Shown here: positions 27,295-37,649 of the stretch, piece by piece
How positions within the stretch are numbered: the first letter of the stretch is position 1
How the letters are laid out: each line of letters opens with the position of its first letter
Made by a program: the position numbers and the translations under genes
The notes under the pieces: generated by a model
The model's database searches: none
Seen by the model: the letters and a program-made list of their open reading frames with translations, nothing else
What the model was told of the DNA's origin: nothing
From: an uncultured delta proteobacterium
GTDB lineage: Bacteria > Myxococcota_A > Polyangia > Polyangiales > Houyiibacteriaceae
Reading direction: 5' to 3'
NCBI GenBank assembly: GCA_963699755.1
Contig: CAVOVB010000001.1
Coordinates: forward strand, 1,216,001 to 1,280,000
DNA length: 64,000 nucleotides

Positions 27295-29268
27295 ATGCAT
27301 AATTATAGTAATTTCTTGCTGGGGCTGAGCCTTGTGCTCTGCCTGGGTGGCTTGGTCGGCTGCTCCGGTGACGGCGGTGGCGGGAACAGAGGCGCAGGTG
27401 GCCAAGTCGGTGGCGGTGGGGCCGGGGGCGTCGGTGGCGCGGCCGGCGCCGGTGCTGGTTCGGGCTCCGGAGGGGACGGCGGAAGCGGTGGTGTCGATCC
27501 GGCGGACCAGTGCGGCGACGGCGAGCGCCAGGCGATCGAGGCCTGCGACGATGGAAACCGCCGCAGCGCGGATGGCTGTGCGGCGGACTGCATGATGGTC
27601 GAGGAGGGCTTTCGCTGCCCCGTCCCGGGCGCGGCGTGCGCGCCGCTGGTTTGCGGTGACTCTCGCATCGACCCGCCGGAGCAGTGCGACGACAACAACG
27701 CGAACGCTGGGGACGGTTGCAGTGCGAGTTGCCAGCTCGAAGCGGGTTGGATCTGCTTGCAGCCCGGCGTCGCTTGCAGCGCCGCGGCATGCGGCGATGG
27801 CATCGTCGCGGGATTCGAGCAGTGTGACGACGGAGGCACGGCCGACGACGATGGTTGCTCGGCAAGCTGCCAGCTCGAAGACGGATTCAAGTGCGAGACG
27901 CCTGGCGCGCCCTGCACGACCACGACCTGTGGTGACAATACCAGAGAAGGCACCGAGCAGTGTGACGATGGGAACGTGACGCCCTTCGATGGCTGCGACC
28001 CCCACTGCAAGAACGAGCCGAGCTGCTCCGGTGGCGATTGTCAATCGGTCTGTGGCGATGGCGTCATCCTCCCCGGTACAGACGAAGCATGCGACGACGG
28101 AAACACGGTCGGGGGCGATGGGTGCTCAGCGACCTGTGAAATCGAAAGCGGCTTCACTTGTACGACGATAGAGTCGGAGCTTCCCGACGAATTCGTGGTG
28201 CCGGTGATCTACCGTGACTTCCGAAGCCGACAGAGCGGCGCAGGGGTTGACCCCACCTTCCACCCCGATTTCAACCCTCCTCCAACGGGTAGTCACCTAG
28301 GAATTCCTACCAATGAGCTCGACGCAGCGGGCAAGCCCGTGTTCAACGCAGCCGGGGCTGGCGTAGGCACCGGAGGCTGGCCCCAAGACAGCGCTTCGTT
28401 TGCTGCATGGTATCGGACGAGCCCGACGCTCGTCGCCGACGGCAACATCGAGGTCGTCCGAGAGCTCACCCTCGCCCGGCCCAACCCAGGCATTCCGAAT
28501 CGCTACGAATTCTCCAGCGCCTCGTTCTTCCCGCTCGATGACGACGGCTGGGAGTTGGAGGCTCCGCCGCTCCAAGAGCTGCCGATGACCAATGGACACA
28601 ACTTCGGTTTCACCACGGAGGTCCACTACTTCTTCGTCTACCAGGGTGACGAGGTGCTTCGTTTCGAAGGCGACGACGACCTCTGGGTCTTCGTAGACGG
28701 CCGCCTCTGCATGGACATCGGCGGAATTCACGCGGCCGAAGATGGGGTGATGAGCTTCGACCCGGCGGTGGTCGATGCCAACACAGCGCGCCAGGCGATC
28801 GTCGACGCTTGTATCGCGGACCTGGGGCTTCAAGAGGGGAAGGTCTACGAGGTCTCGATCTTTCACGCCGAAAGGCACGTGACGCAGTCGAACTTCACGC
28901 TGACACTCGATGGATTCGTCACCGAGCGATCCGAATGCAGCGACCAGTGCGGCGATGGGATTCGCACGCGCTTCGAGTTCTGCGATGACGGCACCGCAGA
29001 AAACACCGGCGAGTACGGGCAATGCAACGAAACCTGCACGGCCCTCGGCCCGCACTGCGGCGACGGCATCGTTCAGGAGATGTTCGAAGACTGCGACAAC
29101 GGAGAAAACCTGGGCGGCCTCAACGGCTGCAACCCCGATTGCAGCAGCGGCCCGTTCTGCGGCGATGGGATCCGCCAGCCCGAGCTCGGCGAATCCTGCG
29201 ACGCCGGCGAACAGAACGGCGAACAGGGCTCCGGCTGCAGCGACCTCTGCGAGGTGGTCGTCGAGTAG
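27295..29268 (+). CDS. Lipoprotein with Myxococcus Cys-rich (DUF4215) repeats and fibro-slime/PA14-like domain
   Basis: Lipobox LVGC, repeated CGDG...EQCDDGN...GDGCS, HNFGFTTE, GDDDLWVF, FHAERH. Confidence 0.9.
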   Translation: MHNYSNFLLGLSLVLCLGGLVGCSGDGGGGNRGAGGQVGGGGAGGVGGAAGAGAGSGSGGDGGSGGVDPADQCGDGERQAIEACDDGNRRSADGCAADCMMVEEGFRCPVPGAACAPLVCGDSRIDPPEQCDDNNANAGDGCSASCQLEAGWICLQPGVACSAAACGDGIVAGFEQCDDGGTADDDGCSASCQLEDGFKCETPGAPCTTTTCGDNTREGTEQCDDGNVTPFDGCDPHCKNEPSCSGGDCQSVCGDGVILPGTDEACDDGNTVGGDGCSATCEIESGFTCTTIESELPDEFVVPVIYRDFRSRQSGAGVDPTFHPDFNPPPTGSHLGIPTNELDAAGKPVFNAAGAGVGTGGWPQDSASFAAWYRTSPTLVADGNIEVVRELTLARPNPGIPNRYEFSSASFFPLDDDGWELEAPPLQELPMTNGHNFGFTTEVHYFFVYQGDEVLRFEGDDDLWVFVDGRLCMDIGGIHAAEDGVMSFDPAVVDANTARQAIVDACIADLGLQEGKVYEVSIFHAERHVTQSNFTLTLDGFVTERSECSDQCGDGIRTRFEFCDDGTAENTGEYGQCNETCTALGPHCGDGIVQEMFEDCDNGENLGGLNGCNPDCSSGPFCGDGIRQPELGESCDAGEQNGEQGSGCSDLCEVVVE

Positions 29269-29418
29269 GCCGAGGAGAATTTGCGCATCGACGTAGCTTT
29301 TTCCGCTCCTCGAGGGCAACGGAATTTTTACGTATAGACACGCTGACGCCCGCTGAATAGCCTCGCTGTTTCCACCAATTACAGGCCCGTGCCCAGCGGT
29401 GCATCGATGGAGGCGCTC

Positions 29419-30099
29419 ATGAAGAACCTTGGATTGCTCTCAATTGGCGGGGTGACGGTCGTTGCCATCGCAGCCTTGATCGGCTGCGGCGGTGACAGCG
29501 CAGCGGGTACAACTGGCGCCGCCTCATGCGATGGCTCGGCGGTCGAGGCGTCTTTTGCTGACAGCTGTGCGGCGGGGCTGGCAGACGTGTTCACCTGCTG
29601 GAATCCCAACGGCGACTGCCAGATTTCCGGCTTCACCACGACCTACGCGAACGGAGCCAGCCTCGTTAGCTCGCTCGATCAGACCTTGCAGTTCCGGAGC
29701 CCCAGCAACGAGCTCTGCGGGACGGCCACGGCGATGGTCGGCACCGGGGCTCTGCAGCAAGTTTCCTTCCTCACGAGGGCAGGCGAGACCTACGGATACG
29801 AGATCAACGCGAGCACGTCCGAAGTGACGGTGGTCTGCCCCGGTGGCACGCGCGTCAGCATCGACGCCGAGCAGGCGCAAGCGGTTCAGGGCTGTAGCGG
29901 GGCTGGGCAGATCAATATTTGCCAGAACGTCGACATCGTGAACCCGATCGACCCCAACGACATCGACCCCGACGACATCGGAAACATCGGGAGCGAATGC
30001 ACCGACGACTCCCAATGCCCCGATTCGCTAGGGCTCGACTTCGTCTGCTGTCGGAAAATCGCAACCTGCCTACCGGCGATTTCCTGCAACGCCCTATAG
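29419..30099 (+). CDS. Cys-rich hypothetical lipoprotein
   Basis: SD GGAGG, lipobox LIGC, paired cysteines. Confidence 0.7.
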   Translation: MKNLGLLSIGGVTVVAIAALIGCGGDSAAGTTGAASCDGSAVEASFADSCAAGLADVFTCWNPNGDCQISGFTTTYANGASLVSSLDQTLQFRSPSNELCGTATAMVGTGALQQVSFLTRAGETYGYEINASTSEVTVVCPGGTRVSIDAEQAQAVQGCSGAGQINICQNVDIVNPIDPNDIDPDDIGNIGSECTDDSQCPDSLGLDFVCCRKIATCLPAISCNAL

Positions 30100-30174
30100 A
30101 CGGATCTCCCTCGCTCGTCTGTCGGAAAAGCAGCAACCCGAAGCAGCACGCGCCCTGATCGCGAATCAACAAAC

Positions 30175-30696
30175 GTGCCACCCGAGGTTTTGGGTCCTAG
30201 GCTTCTTCGTTCGATGCAACGTCGACCGAACTCGCTGAAGCTCTCTTGGGGGATTCTCATCCTGGCGCTCCTCTGCGCCATCGGGTGCTCCCGAGACCAA
30301 GCCTCCAAGACCTCGTCCGATGCCGTCCGCGAGAGTCGAAGCCAAGACCTGCGAAGCGCAGAGAGCAACAGCCCTGCGCAGAACAAGGAGCTTGCGCGCT
30401 ACCTGATTCGAAAGAACTACCAGCAGTGGAACGGGTCCCAAGAGCTGAGCTGTCTGGAACGGCTCTGGGAACGCGAAAGCCATTGGAACCACCGAGCGGT
30501 GAACAAGAGGACCGGTGCCTGTGGCATTCCCCAATCGTACCCCTGCAGCAAAATGAAGGGCATGGGCGCCGAGTACGGGGTCAACCACCGTCGCAACCCG
30601 TGGCCGCAGATCGCCTGGGGCCTAGGGTATATCGAGAATCGATATGGGAGCCCGTGCGCAGCGTGGAAGCGGTTTCAACGCGGAGGCGGCTATTGA
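30175..30696 (+). CDS. Small transglycosylase (lysozyme-like, actinobacterial type) lipoprotein
   Basis: LWERESHWN, GIPQ, QIAWGLGYIENRYGSPCAAW; lipobox AIGC; start uncertain. Confidence 0.8.
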   Translation: MPPEVLGPRLLRSMQRRPNSLKLSWGILILALLCAIGCSRDQASKTSSDAVRESRSQDLRSAESNSPAQNKELARYLIRKNYQQWNGSQELSCLERLWERESHWNHRAVNKRTGACGIPQSYPCSKMKGMGAEYGVNHRRNPWPQIAWGLGYIENRYGSPCAAWKRFQRGGGY

Positions 30697-30718
30697 ATCG
30701 TCGATCGCGCAAGTCGGC

Positions 30719-31561
30719 TCAGTCACAGAGACGCACGATCCAGTTGTCGACCGCGCTGTCCTCGCGGGTGCCGTTGACGCAAGTCATGAACCCAAACCGC
30801 AAAGCTTCGCCTTCGGGGTCCGGCGCTTGCAACGTGGAGGAGCTCGGCCAGAGCCCTAGCTCGCTGTCGGTCATTGCATGGTCGACCAAGCCATTGTCGC
30901 CATCGCCGAATTTGACTCGAACGGCGTCCGCGCCGGACCAGTAGATCTCTTCGCCTTGCAGGACGAGCACGCTGAAGGTGGTTTGTAGGCTGGAGAATTC
31001 GCCGCCCGGCGTGGATGCTTGGATCGACGGGTAAAGGCTCGTGACCGCACCTTCTGCAGGGTCATACGCAGCGCCTTCCTGCAGGCTCATCACGCAGGTC
31101 GACCGGGCGCTTTCGCTCCAGCCGGTACCAAAGGTGCCATCGGCAAAGTCCAGTGGCTGGCCCGCATTGCAGTTGGGAACGTCTGCAAGCGGGGGGATCT
31201 CATCCTCTCCGCCCATGCCACCTGCGCCGCCCATGCCAGCGGAGCCGGGATCGACTCGGGTTGCCGTCCACTCGATTTCACAGCGCGACTGCCCGACTAC
31301 CTTGGTCGTGGTGCCCGAAGCCGAGCGTCCATTGAACACGCCGTTGAACGAGAGCTTGTCGGTGCTACCCGAAGGCGAGTAGTCCCCGACGGCGAACGCC
31401 TTGTTGCGAATCGGAACAGGCTGCTCGTGGCTGAATCCAAAGCCGCGGTCCTCACCGTCTTGGTCGGTGCCGGCGGTGTCCTCCTCCCGCATCTCGAAGG
31501 AGTGGGGCGTCGTGTCGGGCGGCTGAAGGTTAGACGAGCCGCTCGGCGATCTCGTCGTCAC
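30719..31561 (-). CDS. Hypothetical protein, possibly N-terminally truncated
   Basis: 280-aa ORF with GMGGAGGMGG linker, no signal peptide or clear start. Confidence 0.45.
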   Translation of the reverse strand: MTTRSPSGSSNLQPPDTTPHSFEMREEDTAGTDQDGEDRGFGFSHEQPVPIRNKAFAVGDYSPSGSTDKLSFNGVFNGRSASGTTTKVVGQSRCEIEWTATRVDPGSAGMGGAGGMGGEDEIPPLADVPNCNAGQPLDFADGTFGTGWSESARSTCVMSLQEGAAYDPAEGAVTSLYPSIQASTPGGEFSSLQTTFSVLVLQGEEIYWSGADAVRVKFGDGDNGLVDHAMTDSELGLWPSSSTLQAPDPEGEALRFGFMTCVNGTREDSAVDNWIVRLCD

Positions 31562-31741
31562 GGACGAAACCCCGAGGCAGGCCGATGCACGGAGAGAGTC
31601 ACTGCTATCTTGTGAGATAACCTACAAGGGCTACATATTTCAAGACCCAGGGGGTAATCCTCAGCCCAAATAGACACAAAAGGATTATAAATGGCCCAGC
31701 CTCCTGCTAGGATCAGATTCCCTTCGGCTGGAGTTGCAAGC

Positions 31742-33817
31742 ATGGGACCTCGGTTGTTTTCCCTGGTGATGATGGTGTTGGCCCTCGGAATTGGGGGCTG
31801 CGAAGGCGCCATCGGCCCCTCAGGAGGTGGCCTTTCGCGCGACGATCCATCCAACCCTGCGGGTCCCGGGGGCTCCGACTTTCCCGTCGACGACTCGCGA
31901 CCGGCGCTCTCGAGCTGTGATGCGTTCGAGCCGGCGGCGCCATTCGTGTACGCCGCGAAGATCAAAACGCTGCTGACGGGGCTTGGCCTATCCGCCGAAG
32001 AGCTCGACACGCTGTCGGCGAGCCCAGGGGCGTTGCGCTCTCAAATCGAAGCCTGGCTCGAGATGCCGCAAGCCGACGCGAAGTTGCTCCGCTTCTTCGA
32101 AACGGCATTTCAACAGGACGGGTTCGAGGAACAAGCGCTCGTCGACCTCTGGGGATACAGCAACTTCCAGATGGGGCGACTTAGTGACGGAACCGCGGCC
32201 GACGATGCCTTCATTCGAACCTTTGAAGAGAGCTTCGGCCGGACCGTCCTCGACATCGTACGCTCGAATCGGCCGTTCACCGATGTGCTCACGACGCGGA
32301 CGGTTCATCTCACGACGGCACAAATGGTGGCCCTGGCGCTCAGCGACGACCGCGAGATCGATGACGACGACGACCGAAGCTACAAGCACTCACGCAGCAT
32401 GATCGACCAGCTCGTGTTCACGACCTCGGACGTGCCGCTCTCAGAGACCTTGAATCCCAGCTCTCCGAGCTGGATGCGGTTCAGCATCCCCGCCGAAGGG
32501 CTTCCGGAAGGATGCGGAGGCGAGGCCGTGAAGACCAATGGCGATCTGGTTCGGGCCGCGTTTGCCGCTCTGTTCGGCTTCTACACCAACAACGACGGCT
32601 GCATGCCCGACACCTATCGCACGACCCCGGCCCTCGGCGAGGAGGCCTTCTTCGACTGGCGTCCGGTGACGATCCGCGCACCGGGCCCGGGCGAAGAGCC
32701 GACCATGTTCTGGGAGCTGGACGCGATCCGTGCGTCGAATGAGCTGGTTCTGCGAGTCCCGCGATCCGGATTCATGACCACGCCTGCGTTCTTCGCCACC
32801 TGGCCGACCAACGATGCGAACCAGGCTCGGGTGACCATCAACCAGACCTTGATCGTGGCGCTTGGAAAGAGCTTCGATAGTGAAACGACGCTCGTGCCTG
32901 CTTTCGACGACGCGCTCGACGATTCGCACGCCGATCCCACATCGGTGTGCTGGGGTTGCCACGTGAACCTCGACCCGATGCGGCAGTATTTCCGCAACTC
33001 GTTTACGTACTACTATCACGCCCAACAAGATGCCTCCGTGCAGGCGCTTCGACCGTCCTTCGCCTTCCAGGGCGTCTCGGTCGAGGGCGCGCCGGGCGAC
33101 GGGATCGACGAGCTCGCCAATACACTCTCGAGCCACCCACGCTTTGCGCCCGCCTGGGTGCAGAAGGCCTGTTACTTCGCGAACAGCGCGGCTTGTCCCG
33201 AGGGATCTCAGGAATTCCAGAAAGCGGTCGACGTCTTCGAGCAATCCGGGATGAGCTTCCGCGCGATGCTCGTCGAGCTCTTTGCCTCGCCGCTGGTCTC
33301 TGCAGCCAGCTGTGTCGAGGACGCGGGCGGCGATATTCCGTCGGTGGCGCGCGCGCGTCATTTCTGTGCGACCGTCTCCAACCGGCTCGGCATCTCGGAC
33401 GCCTGTGGCACAGAAACCTACTATCAGTCCGAACGGCGCGGGGAACGTGGCATCAACCGGCAGCTGATCGAGGTCGTTCCTGATGACGGCTACAGCCGTG
33501 GCGGCGAGATCCCCGTCGTCATCGCAGACCCGAACCTCTTCATTCGCGCAGCGGGCGAGGCGATGTGTGAGGGCTTCAGCAATATGGTGGTCACGGCGGA
33601 CGGGAAGTTTCCTCCGACCGATCCGGAGGGCGCGATCCGCGCCTTGGTCACCGACCTCGCGGGCTTGCCGGAGTCCGACCCGCGGCACGCCGGCATGCTC
33701 GACATCCTGAGCAGACACTTCGAACAGGCGGAAGCCCAGACCAGCGGCACCAATGCGCTCCGCTCCACATTCATCGTCGCCTGCACGTCTCCGAGCGTGC
33801 TCGGCATGGGCCTTTGA
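31742..33817 (+). CDS. DUF1588/DUF1585-type lipoprotein with single CxxCH
   Basis: Lipobox IGGC, GFMTTPAFF, CWGCH, SHPRFAPAWVQK. Confidence 0.72.
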   Translation: MGPRLFSLVMMVLALGIGGCEGAIGPSGGGLSRDDPSNPAGPGGSDFPVDDSRPALSSCDAFEPAAPFVYAAKIKTLLTGLGLSAEELDTLSASPGALRSQIEAWLEMPQADAKLLRFFETAFQQDGFEEQALVDLWGYSNFQMGRLSDGTAADDAFIRTFEESFGRTVLDIVRSNRPFTDVLTTRTVHLTTAQMVALALSDDREIDDDDDRSYKHSRSMIDQLVFTTSDVPLSETLNPSSPSWMRFSIPAEGLPEGCGGEAVKTNGDLVRAAFAALFGFYTNNDGCMPDTYRTTPALGEEAFFDWRPVTIRAPGPGEEPTMFWELDAIRASNELVLRVPRSGFMTTPAFFATWPTNDANQARVTINQTLIVALGKSFDSETTLVPAFDDALDDSHADPTSVCWGCHVNLDPMRQYFRNSFTYYYHAQQDASVQALRPSFAFQGVSVEGAPGDGIDELANTLSSHPRFAPAWVQKACYFANSAACPEGSQEFQKAVDVFEQSGMSFRAMLVELFASPLVSAASCVEDAGGDIPSVARARHFCATVSNRLGISDACGTETYYQSERRGERGINRQLIEVVPDDGYSRGGEIPVVIADPNLFIRAAGEAMCEGFSNMVVTADGKFPPTDPEGAIRALVTDLAGLPESDPRHAGMLDILSRHFEQAEAQTSGTNALRSTFIVACTSPSVLGMGL

Positions 33818-33828
33818 GGGACAGGAAG

Positions 33829-35139
33829 ATGAAGCTCCACAGACGCAAGATGCTCTACGCGGCGCTTTTCGGCGCAGGAGGGCTCGGCCTCAAGTCGCTG
33901 GCCACCGGCATTCCCATGTCCATTCTGGCCCGGCCTTTGGCGGCGCGCGCGCAGGACGCCGCGACGACGCGCATCTTGATTCTCTCCTCGTCCTCTGCCG
34001 GCGACCCCATCAACGCGAACGTGCCGGGCACCTACGAAGACCCGGCCGTCGAGCACCCGAACGGACCCGAGATGGCGCCGACGCTCATGACCATTGGCGG
34101 ACAGCAGCGCACGGCAGCGAAACCCTGGGCGGAGCTCCCGGCGAGCATGCTCGCCAAGACGGTGTTCTTCCACCACGGAACCTACACCAACTCGCATCCG
34201 AACCACCCCAAGGTGATGCGGCTGATGGGGAGCACCGAGCGCAACGAAATGCTCGTCAGCGTCTTTTCCGACGCCCTTTCGAGCGTCCTCGAGACGGTGC
34301 AACAGGAGCCGATCAGCGTCGGGGCGCGCGGCGGCAACGAGATCCTCACCTTCAAAGGTCGCTCCCTGGCTAACGTCTCGCCGGTTGCGCTCAAGACGGC
34401 CCTCGCCCAAGACGAGAACGCGCTTGGCGATCTGCGCCCCCTTCGCGACCAGACCGTCGACGAGATCTACGCGCTCTATCGGCAGCACGGCACCGAAAAC
34501 CAGCGCCGCATGCTCGACCGCTTCGTCGCGACGCGTGACGAAGCGCGATCGCTATCGCTCGACTTGGTGGAGCGGCTAGCCAGCATCGATGGCAACAGCG
34601 AGACCGACCAGGTGCTTGCAGCCTCGGTCCTTGCGGCGATGAACGTCTCGCCGGCCATCACCCTTCGCATCAATTTCGGTGGCGACAATCATACCGACCG
34701 TGAGTTCGTGAAGGAGACTGAACAATCGGTTGCAGGCGTTGGCCACCTGAAGGCGCTCGTCGAGACGGTCGAGGGCATGCGCGCCGAGGGTGTGCTCCGA
34801 AGCGACGTCATCGTCGGCACGCTCAACGTGTTCGGACGGGATCTCGCGCGAAAGGGCCGAGCCGGGCGCGACCACAATGGGCGACACCACTGTGCGGTCC
34901 TCATCGGTGAAGGGCTTCGCGGCGCTGTGGTGGGCGGCATCGAGCCGACTGGGAAGGACTACCAAGCGCAAGCCATCGACTCCGCGACTGGACGCGCGTC
35001 CGCTTCGGGCGACATCCCGCACGAAGAGACTTTCCAGTCGATGGCGAAGACACTCGGCGTGGCACTTGGCGTCCCGCGCACGCGGCTCGATGAAGCGATT
35101 AGCGGAGGCAAGGTCATCGAGACGGCGCTCGCGGGCTGA
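33829..35139 (+). CDS. Tat-exported DUF1501/DUF1552-like protein
   Basis: RRKML twin-arginine signal, GGDNHTD, NVFGR, GRDHN; 11 nt after upstream gene. Confidence 0.72.
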   Translation: MKLHRRKMLYAALFGAGGLGLKSLATGIPMSILARPLAARAQDAATTRILILSSSSAGDPINANVPGTYEDPAVEHPNGPEMAPTLMTIGGQQRTAAKPWAELPASMLAKTVFFHHGTYTNSHPNHPKVMRLMGSTERNEMLVSVFSDALSSVLETVQQEPISVGARGGNEILTFKGRSLANVSPVALKTALAQDENALGDLRPLRDQTVDEIYALYRQHGTENQRRMLDRFVATRDEARSLSLDLVERLASIDGNSETDQVLAASVLAAMNVSPAITLRINFGGDNHTDREFVKETEQSVAGVGHLKALVETVEGMRAEGVLRSDVIVGTLNVFGRDLARKGRAGRDHNGRHHCAVLIGEGLRGAVVGGIEPTGKDYQAQAIDSATGRASASGDIPHEETFQSMAKTLGVALGVPRTRLDEAISGGKVIETALAG

Positions 35140-35213
35140 CGCTCGGCTGATCGAGCCGGTCCCCGACCGCTGCGAGCCTGCATAGACTCGGCAACCCGAT
35201 CTTCGTCAGTCGC

Positions 35214-37568
35214 TCACTGCACGCAGATGATCGTGACATCATCGGAGTTGTTGTCCTCGTTGCACTCGGTGGTCGTCCGGCCGCCTTCGCCATCGTCGTT
35301 CACGACCATGGTGATCTTACCCTCGATGTCTACGTCGATCATGCACGAGACCTCGAGACAGCCGCCGACTGGGACCGGGCCCTCCGTGTACGAGACGCAC
35401 AAGACGTTCTCATCCCCCGGGTCCCCAACGTAGAACGTCGCCGGCATCGATGCGCCGACCGTACGGGTGCCCCGGTTGCACACAGTCGCCGTCAGAATGC
35501 GCGTCTCTCCCGAGGTTCGGCACACGGTCTCGTCGACGTCGCCGGTGATGTCGGGTTGTGAGCCTGCTGCAGCGCCGCCTTGTACGTTCTGCCGAAAGTT
35601 GTTCAGGTCCGGTTCACTGAAGTTCGCGGTCCATTCCGAAGTTCTCGGCACCGTGCCGTCGTCGTTGATGTTGGTCACCGAGTAGCTGTGTTGATTCCAC
35701 ATCGGGCGCGACGAGACCCAGCGATCGAGCGCATCGCGAAGCACCCGGAGGCCCACCTGCCCAACGCCTGGCGGATGCTCGGCCCTGCAGGTATTGCCGC
35801 TGCCTGGCGTTCCCGCGATGGTCGTCTTGCACGCGTAGCCTTCGAGGCACTCCGAGTCGCTCGCGCAACGACAAAACCCCTCGTTGCAGACGCCGGAGAG
35901 GCAGTCAGCGCCCGTTTCGCAGCGGTTGCCGCGGTGAATCGGGTCGATCTGCGGGCAGCTTCGGTCGCAGTTCGCATTCGAGCCGATGAGGATCTCGGTG
36001 TTTGAGTCCCCGTCGGGGTCCGCGATGACCGGGTTTTCGAACCATGTGCACGAGGTGCGAAACGCCGAGTACAAGACCTCGCCCGTCGAGCCCTCGTAGA
36101 TTCGCGTGAAGCACTCGTCCGCATACACCGCCTCTGCGGCGCCGTCGCCCTCGAAATCGAACACCGAAGAACCGGTCCGATTGGAAGAAAGGTCTTGCGA
36201 GGAAGTCGACCAACGAATCTCCGTGGTCAGACAAGATGGGTCGGTCGCGCAATCGAGATCGAAGAGTCGGTAGAAGTTCCCCCCAGCCGACGCGAATTCC
36301 GGGTGGCCGTCATCATCGAAATCTCCGATGGTCGGTGGACCCCCGCCCAGGATGTCCGAGCTCACGTCCAAGAGGACTTGGCCCGAGAGCGTCATCAAAC
36401 GAGCCTTGCCGTTCCCGGTCGAGACGATTTCGGCGACTCCATCGAAGCTGTTCGCGTCGAACTCCGCTGCCGTCGCGCCGGGCGTTCCGAAATCTGCAAC
36501 CGCCCAAAACTGTGCGCTGTGCCCGAGCGGATATGCGAGGTCCCATCGATCCGTCTCCGCATTCCAGCGATAGATGTCGCGCGCCGTGATTTCGACCTCA
36601 CCATCTCCGTCGACGTCTGCGACCGCCGGAATGCTCATCTCACCCGCGCTCGGCAACACCTGGCCGGCATTGAGTCGGTTGCCCGTCGGCCCATCGTAGA
36701 CTTCACTCGCGGAGAGCACCTCGGGAAGTCCGTCGTCATCCAAATCGTGCAGGGCGATCCCATCCCAGCGCGAGCCGCTGATGTCGTTGCCGAGGGCCAC
36801 CCAAAGGCGGGTGTAGGTCTCGGCGGGCGCGCTCCAGCCGTACGCGACCAGGCCGCCCAAGGCGCGATGCGTGACGATGTCTGGAAAGCCGTCGCCGTTG
36901 ATGTCCCCGATGGCTGGGGGCGAAGCCGCAATCACGCGGTTCGATGGGTCATCGAGGTTCACGATCTGCTCGCAGGTCTGGCCGTTCAAGATTCGAATCA
37001 CACCGAAGCGAGCGGGGTTTGTACCCTCAGCTGCTTCGGAGCCGCCGTCGAGGCCGTTGTACGTCACGATCACGATCTCTTTGGCAGCTCCCGAGTCGAA
37101 GGGCAGGTCAGCGACCAATGGAGTCGTGAGAACCTGGACATGCTCAGGGAAGGGATCGCCCGCCGGCGGCCCCGTCCATTCGCATTGAACGTCCGCTTGA
37201 AAAAGACCGATGGTGATGTCGCCAAGGCAGAGCTCGTTCACCTCGCCACGCGGGCCAGTGCCATAGGAGATGCAGCTCGCGCCGTCTTTCGGATCGGACA
37301 GGCAATCGACCCCGCAACAATAGGTGTCGCCGCCGCAGTCGTCGTCGTTGCTGCACTCACCCTGAGTGGCGAGACACTCCTCTTGAACGCAGACCTCACC
37401 CGGAGCGCAGGGGCACCCGGAGACAGAACCATCCTCGTCGACGCCCGCATCACTGCCGCGGCCATCGCCCAGGGTGGATTCCGACGAGCAAGCCCCCGTC
37501 AGCATCAAACCGAAGCACAGGCACAGCGCGCAGCTGTACGAAAAGATTTCTCTCTCCCCCATCGTCAT
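35214..37568 (-). CDS. FG-GAP/VCBS beta-propeller lipoprotein with C-terminal CARDB-like domain
   Basis: Lipobox TGAC, repeated DxDGDGxxEI, SSVFDFEGDG, WNQHSY, ECNEDNN. Confidence 0.82.
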   Translation of the reverse strand: MTMGEREIFSYSCALCLCFGLMLTGACSSESTLGDGRGSDAGVDEDGSVSGCPCAPGEVCVQEECLATQGECSNDDDCGGDTYCCGVDCLSDPKDGASCISYGTGPRGEVNELCLGDITIGLFQADVQCEWTGPPAGDPFPEHVQVLTTPLVADLPFDSGAAKEIVIVTYNGLDGGSEAAEGTNPARFGVIRILNGQTCEQIVNLDDPSNRVIAASPPAIGDINGDGFPDIVTHRALGGLVAYGWSAPAETYTRLWVALGNDISGSRWDGIALHDLDDDGLPEVLSASEVYDGPTGNRLNAGQVLPSAGEMSIPAVADVDGDGEVEITARDIYRWNAETDRWDLAYPLGHSAQFWAVADFGTPGATAAEFDANSFDGVAEIVSTGNGKARLMTLSGQVLLDVSSDILGGGPPTIGDFDDDGHPEFASAGGNFYRLFDLDCATDPSCLTTEIRWSTSSQDLSSNRTGSSVFDFEGDGAAEAVYADECFTRIYEGSTGEVLYSAFRTSCTWFENPVIADPDGDSNTEILIGSNANCDRSCPQIDPIHRGNRCETGADCLSGVCNEGFCRCASDSECLEGYACKTTIAGTPGSGNTCRAEHPPGVGQVGLRVLRDALDRWVSSRPMWNQHSYSVTNINDDGTVPRTSEWTANFSEPDLNNFRQNVQGGAAAGSQPDITGDVDETVCRTSGETRILTATVCNRGTRTVGASMPATFYVGDPGDENVLCVSYTEGPVPVGGCLEVSCMIDVDIEGKITMVVNDDGEGGRTTTECNEDNNSDDVTIICVQ

Positions 37569-37649
37569 AGGGTAGCGACCGATGCTATCCGGCGCCAATG
37601 CAAGCAAGGTCACAAAACGAGGATCGAGCCGACCTTGCAGCAATCGAAT

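Noticed and set aside
30041..30138. Imperfect ~25-bp direct repeat (TCGTCTG..TCGGAAAA..GCAACC) around a gene end
   Set aside because: Only two degenerate copies; probably a local duplication scar
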